Shown piece after piece: positions 61,626 through 64,000 of a stretch of DNA of 64,000 bases. The notes below the pieces were generated by a model. It saw nothing but the letters and a program-made list of their open reading frames with translations. It had not been told where the DNA came from and made no database searches. Position numbers and translations under genes: made by a program. Location of the stretch: the NCBI RefSeq assembly GCF_009914755.1, contig NC_060945.1, one strand, 5' to 3'. Origin of the DNA: the human T2T-CHM13v2.0 reference genome, Homo sapiens. The number at the start of each line of letters is the position of its first letter. Position 1 is the stretch's first letter.

Positions 61626-63417
61626 AAAGAAGCCAGTATGCAAAGGCTACATATTATATGATTCCAATTATATAATAGTCTGGAAAATGCAAAACTGTAG
61701 AGACTCGAAAGTGATCAGTGAGTTCCAGGGTTAAGGTGGAGGGTAGAGGGTGAATAGGTGAACTGCAGGTAATTTTTAGGGCAGTAAGATTATTGTAATG
61801 TAAAATTTTAGGGCAGTAGAATTATTTAAATGGTGGATATAAGATATTGCGTTGCATTGCCTATGCAACCAAAGGTGAACCTTAATGAATGCAAATTTTG
61901 AAAAATTATTTAAGAGGTTGGGGGATCCCAAGAGAGAATGCAGACCATGAGAAGAGAATCTAACTGTATTACAAATATAGGAAACACTCTCACTGAAGGG
62001 ATGGGTCGGGGAGGGAAAGAGAAGAATACTGAAGTATTTTGGAAATAAGTGAGGCTTATAAGATTAAAGGCAAAGGGAACTGCATGTGAGCACTGTACTC
62101 TAGTTGAAAAAATTGTTTCCCATAGAGGTACTGGTTAACAATTCTGTTATTGCTATGTATTTATACTGGAATGGAACAATTACATGAATGGATGGCAGAT
62201 GGTAGAAGCCAGGTTTCTCACCACTGGAGTGGCTGTTTATCAAAAAGCAGGAGGAGAAAGAATGATTCATGCAGTGATGGATTTGAGTTGGAGAGAGCAG
62301 TGTGGACTCATATTTAGCTCAATAGAGAGGCTGATGGTTATCTATAGAAGTATTTATAGATATGCATATATACATGATATAGTATAAACATGTGTGTTTC
62401 TTGCTCTGTCCCTGAAACAGCCTGAAAGAAATGACATCCCAGTAACAGCAAACGTGCACAGCACCGTATCTTGGTTTCTAATACTATTCTCCATTTAAAC
62501 GAACCAGGATTCTTTGGAGAAGTGGCTGTTTCTAAGACTGGGACAGGAAATATCCAAGATGAGCCTAGAGCATCTGGTAGTGCCAGAAAGTAAGGAGGTG
62601 CTCAAGAACAAAACAGGACCAAACAAAACATTGATCAGGGTCTGTCAAAGGAGCACAGATGCCAGCTAAAAGAGTTCCCAATGGCCAAAGCTGGAACACT
62701 TTGCGGTAATAAAGTAGTATTGGATTATAACCTACAGTATAAAGTAAATATGCATGGTATAAATACATGGTTAAATATATTAATAAATGAGGAAGCAGAG
62801 ACAAATCTCTCTTACAAAAGAATTCCATATATTTTACACAGGTACTCTGTCTTCAAGAAGAAGGAATCAAACTCCCCATTCCTTCAGTGTGAGCTGTACA
62901 TAATGACTTCCTCCCAAAGTGTACAATATAGAAAAGGGGAGAAAAAGAGTAAATTTACAGTGGAGGACCCTGACAAGCGCCACTCAGGCAGGCGACCAAG
63001 GCTACCTTCCGCACTCATAAATCATGCTGACAGTAGGTACGCTTGATATCACGGGATGAAAATAGCACTTCACCTCTGTGATTTTCTTTCCAATAACTTA
63101 CAACCCCAGTTTTCTAATGAGAAAAATATCAGGCAAATTCCAAAAGTGGGACATTCTACAAAATACCTAAGCAGTCCTCAGAACCCTCAATGCATCTAAA
63201 GAAGGAAAGTCGGAGAAACTGCCACAGACAGCAGGTGCCTAAAGAGACATGACAACTAAATCTAATGTGGGATTCTGGAACAGAAGGAAAAGACATTAAG
63301 TAAAGACTGAAAGAACAAAATTATGAACTTTTGTTAATAACAGGTCATTATTTGTTTCATTGTAACAAATGTAAGATATCGATAATAGGGGAAACTGGAT
63401 GTGAAGTATATTGAAAG

Positions 63418-63640
63418 AATTGAACAATGAAAACACTTGGACACAGGAAGGGGAACATCACATAACCAGGGCCTGTTGTTGGCGGGGGGGATGGGGGGAG
63501 GGATAGCATTAGGGGATACACCTAATGTAAATGAAGAGTTAATGGATGCAGCACACCAACATGGCACATGTATACATATATAACAAACCTGCACGTTGTG
63601 CACATGTACCCTAGAACTTAAAGTATAATAATAATAAAAA
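63418..63640 (+). mobile_element. Short L1PA 3' end
   Basis: ttgaacaatgaaaacacttggacacaggaagggg...ccctagaacttaaagtataataat. Confidence 0.9.
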
Positions 63641-64000
63641 AGAAACTCTCTGTGCCATCTTCTCAACGTTTCTAAAAATCTGAAACTGCTGTAGAAAATA
63701 AAATCTATTTTAAAAAATTTAAATAAGCAAACTGCTCACTACTACACAAAAAAAGCAAAGATTAGTCTCTTGAGTATAAAATTGAGCAGAAGAAGCCAGA
63801 CACAGCCTGCAAGCTCCAACTCCATTCATAAAGAGTTTGCAAACTGGCAGCGATGGCGCGAGAGCTTAGGAAATTATTTCACTGGGGGAAGTGGAACAGA
63901 CGTTGACTGGATGATGTCACATGAGGGGCTTCTGGGGTACTATTAACATTCGATCTCAAATCCAATTGGTGGTTATATTTTTGTTTCCTTAAATTAATAA

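Larger units (their letters stand above)
55400..63720 (+). mobile_element. Large ancient L1M block (ORF1/ORF2/3'UTR remnants) with younger insertions
   Basis: Decayed ORF2 peptides (HPTTAEYTFFSSSYGTLTKIDHILRHK; [14 protein letters not shown]...[19 protein letters not shown]) in A-rich plus-strand sequence. Confidence 0.85.

Overview
Human/primate genomic DNA from the chromosome 21q22 KCNE locus, with no prokaryotic features. There are two minus-strand genes. The first is KCNE1 (minK): a 129-aa CDS at 33801-34190 inside a ~3-kb terminal exon, a 111-nt 5'UTR exon at 43219-43329, and a CpG-island promoter/first exon near 44.1 kb. This copy carries Gly38 and Asp85. The second is SMIM34, which the ORF track truncates. 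It is a two-exon, 139-aa CDS: a 7-nt coding piece ATGGAAT at 8365-8371 spliced to 3750-4162. The rest is mostly Alu, L1, L2/MIR, MaLR/ERV1 LTRs, MER5/MER6 and simple repeats, plus a 29-bp VNTR just past the KCNE1 poly(A) site. Main finding: the SMIM34 protein aligns without gaps to the KCNE1 transmembrane and juxtamembrane region and has the same N-glycosylated N-terminal layout. It therefore looks like a divergent, unrecognised KCNE-family K+ channel beta-subunit in the KCNE2-KCNE1 cluster. Repeat subfamily names come from recalled consensus sequences, and repeat boundaries are approximate.
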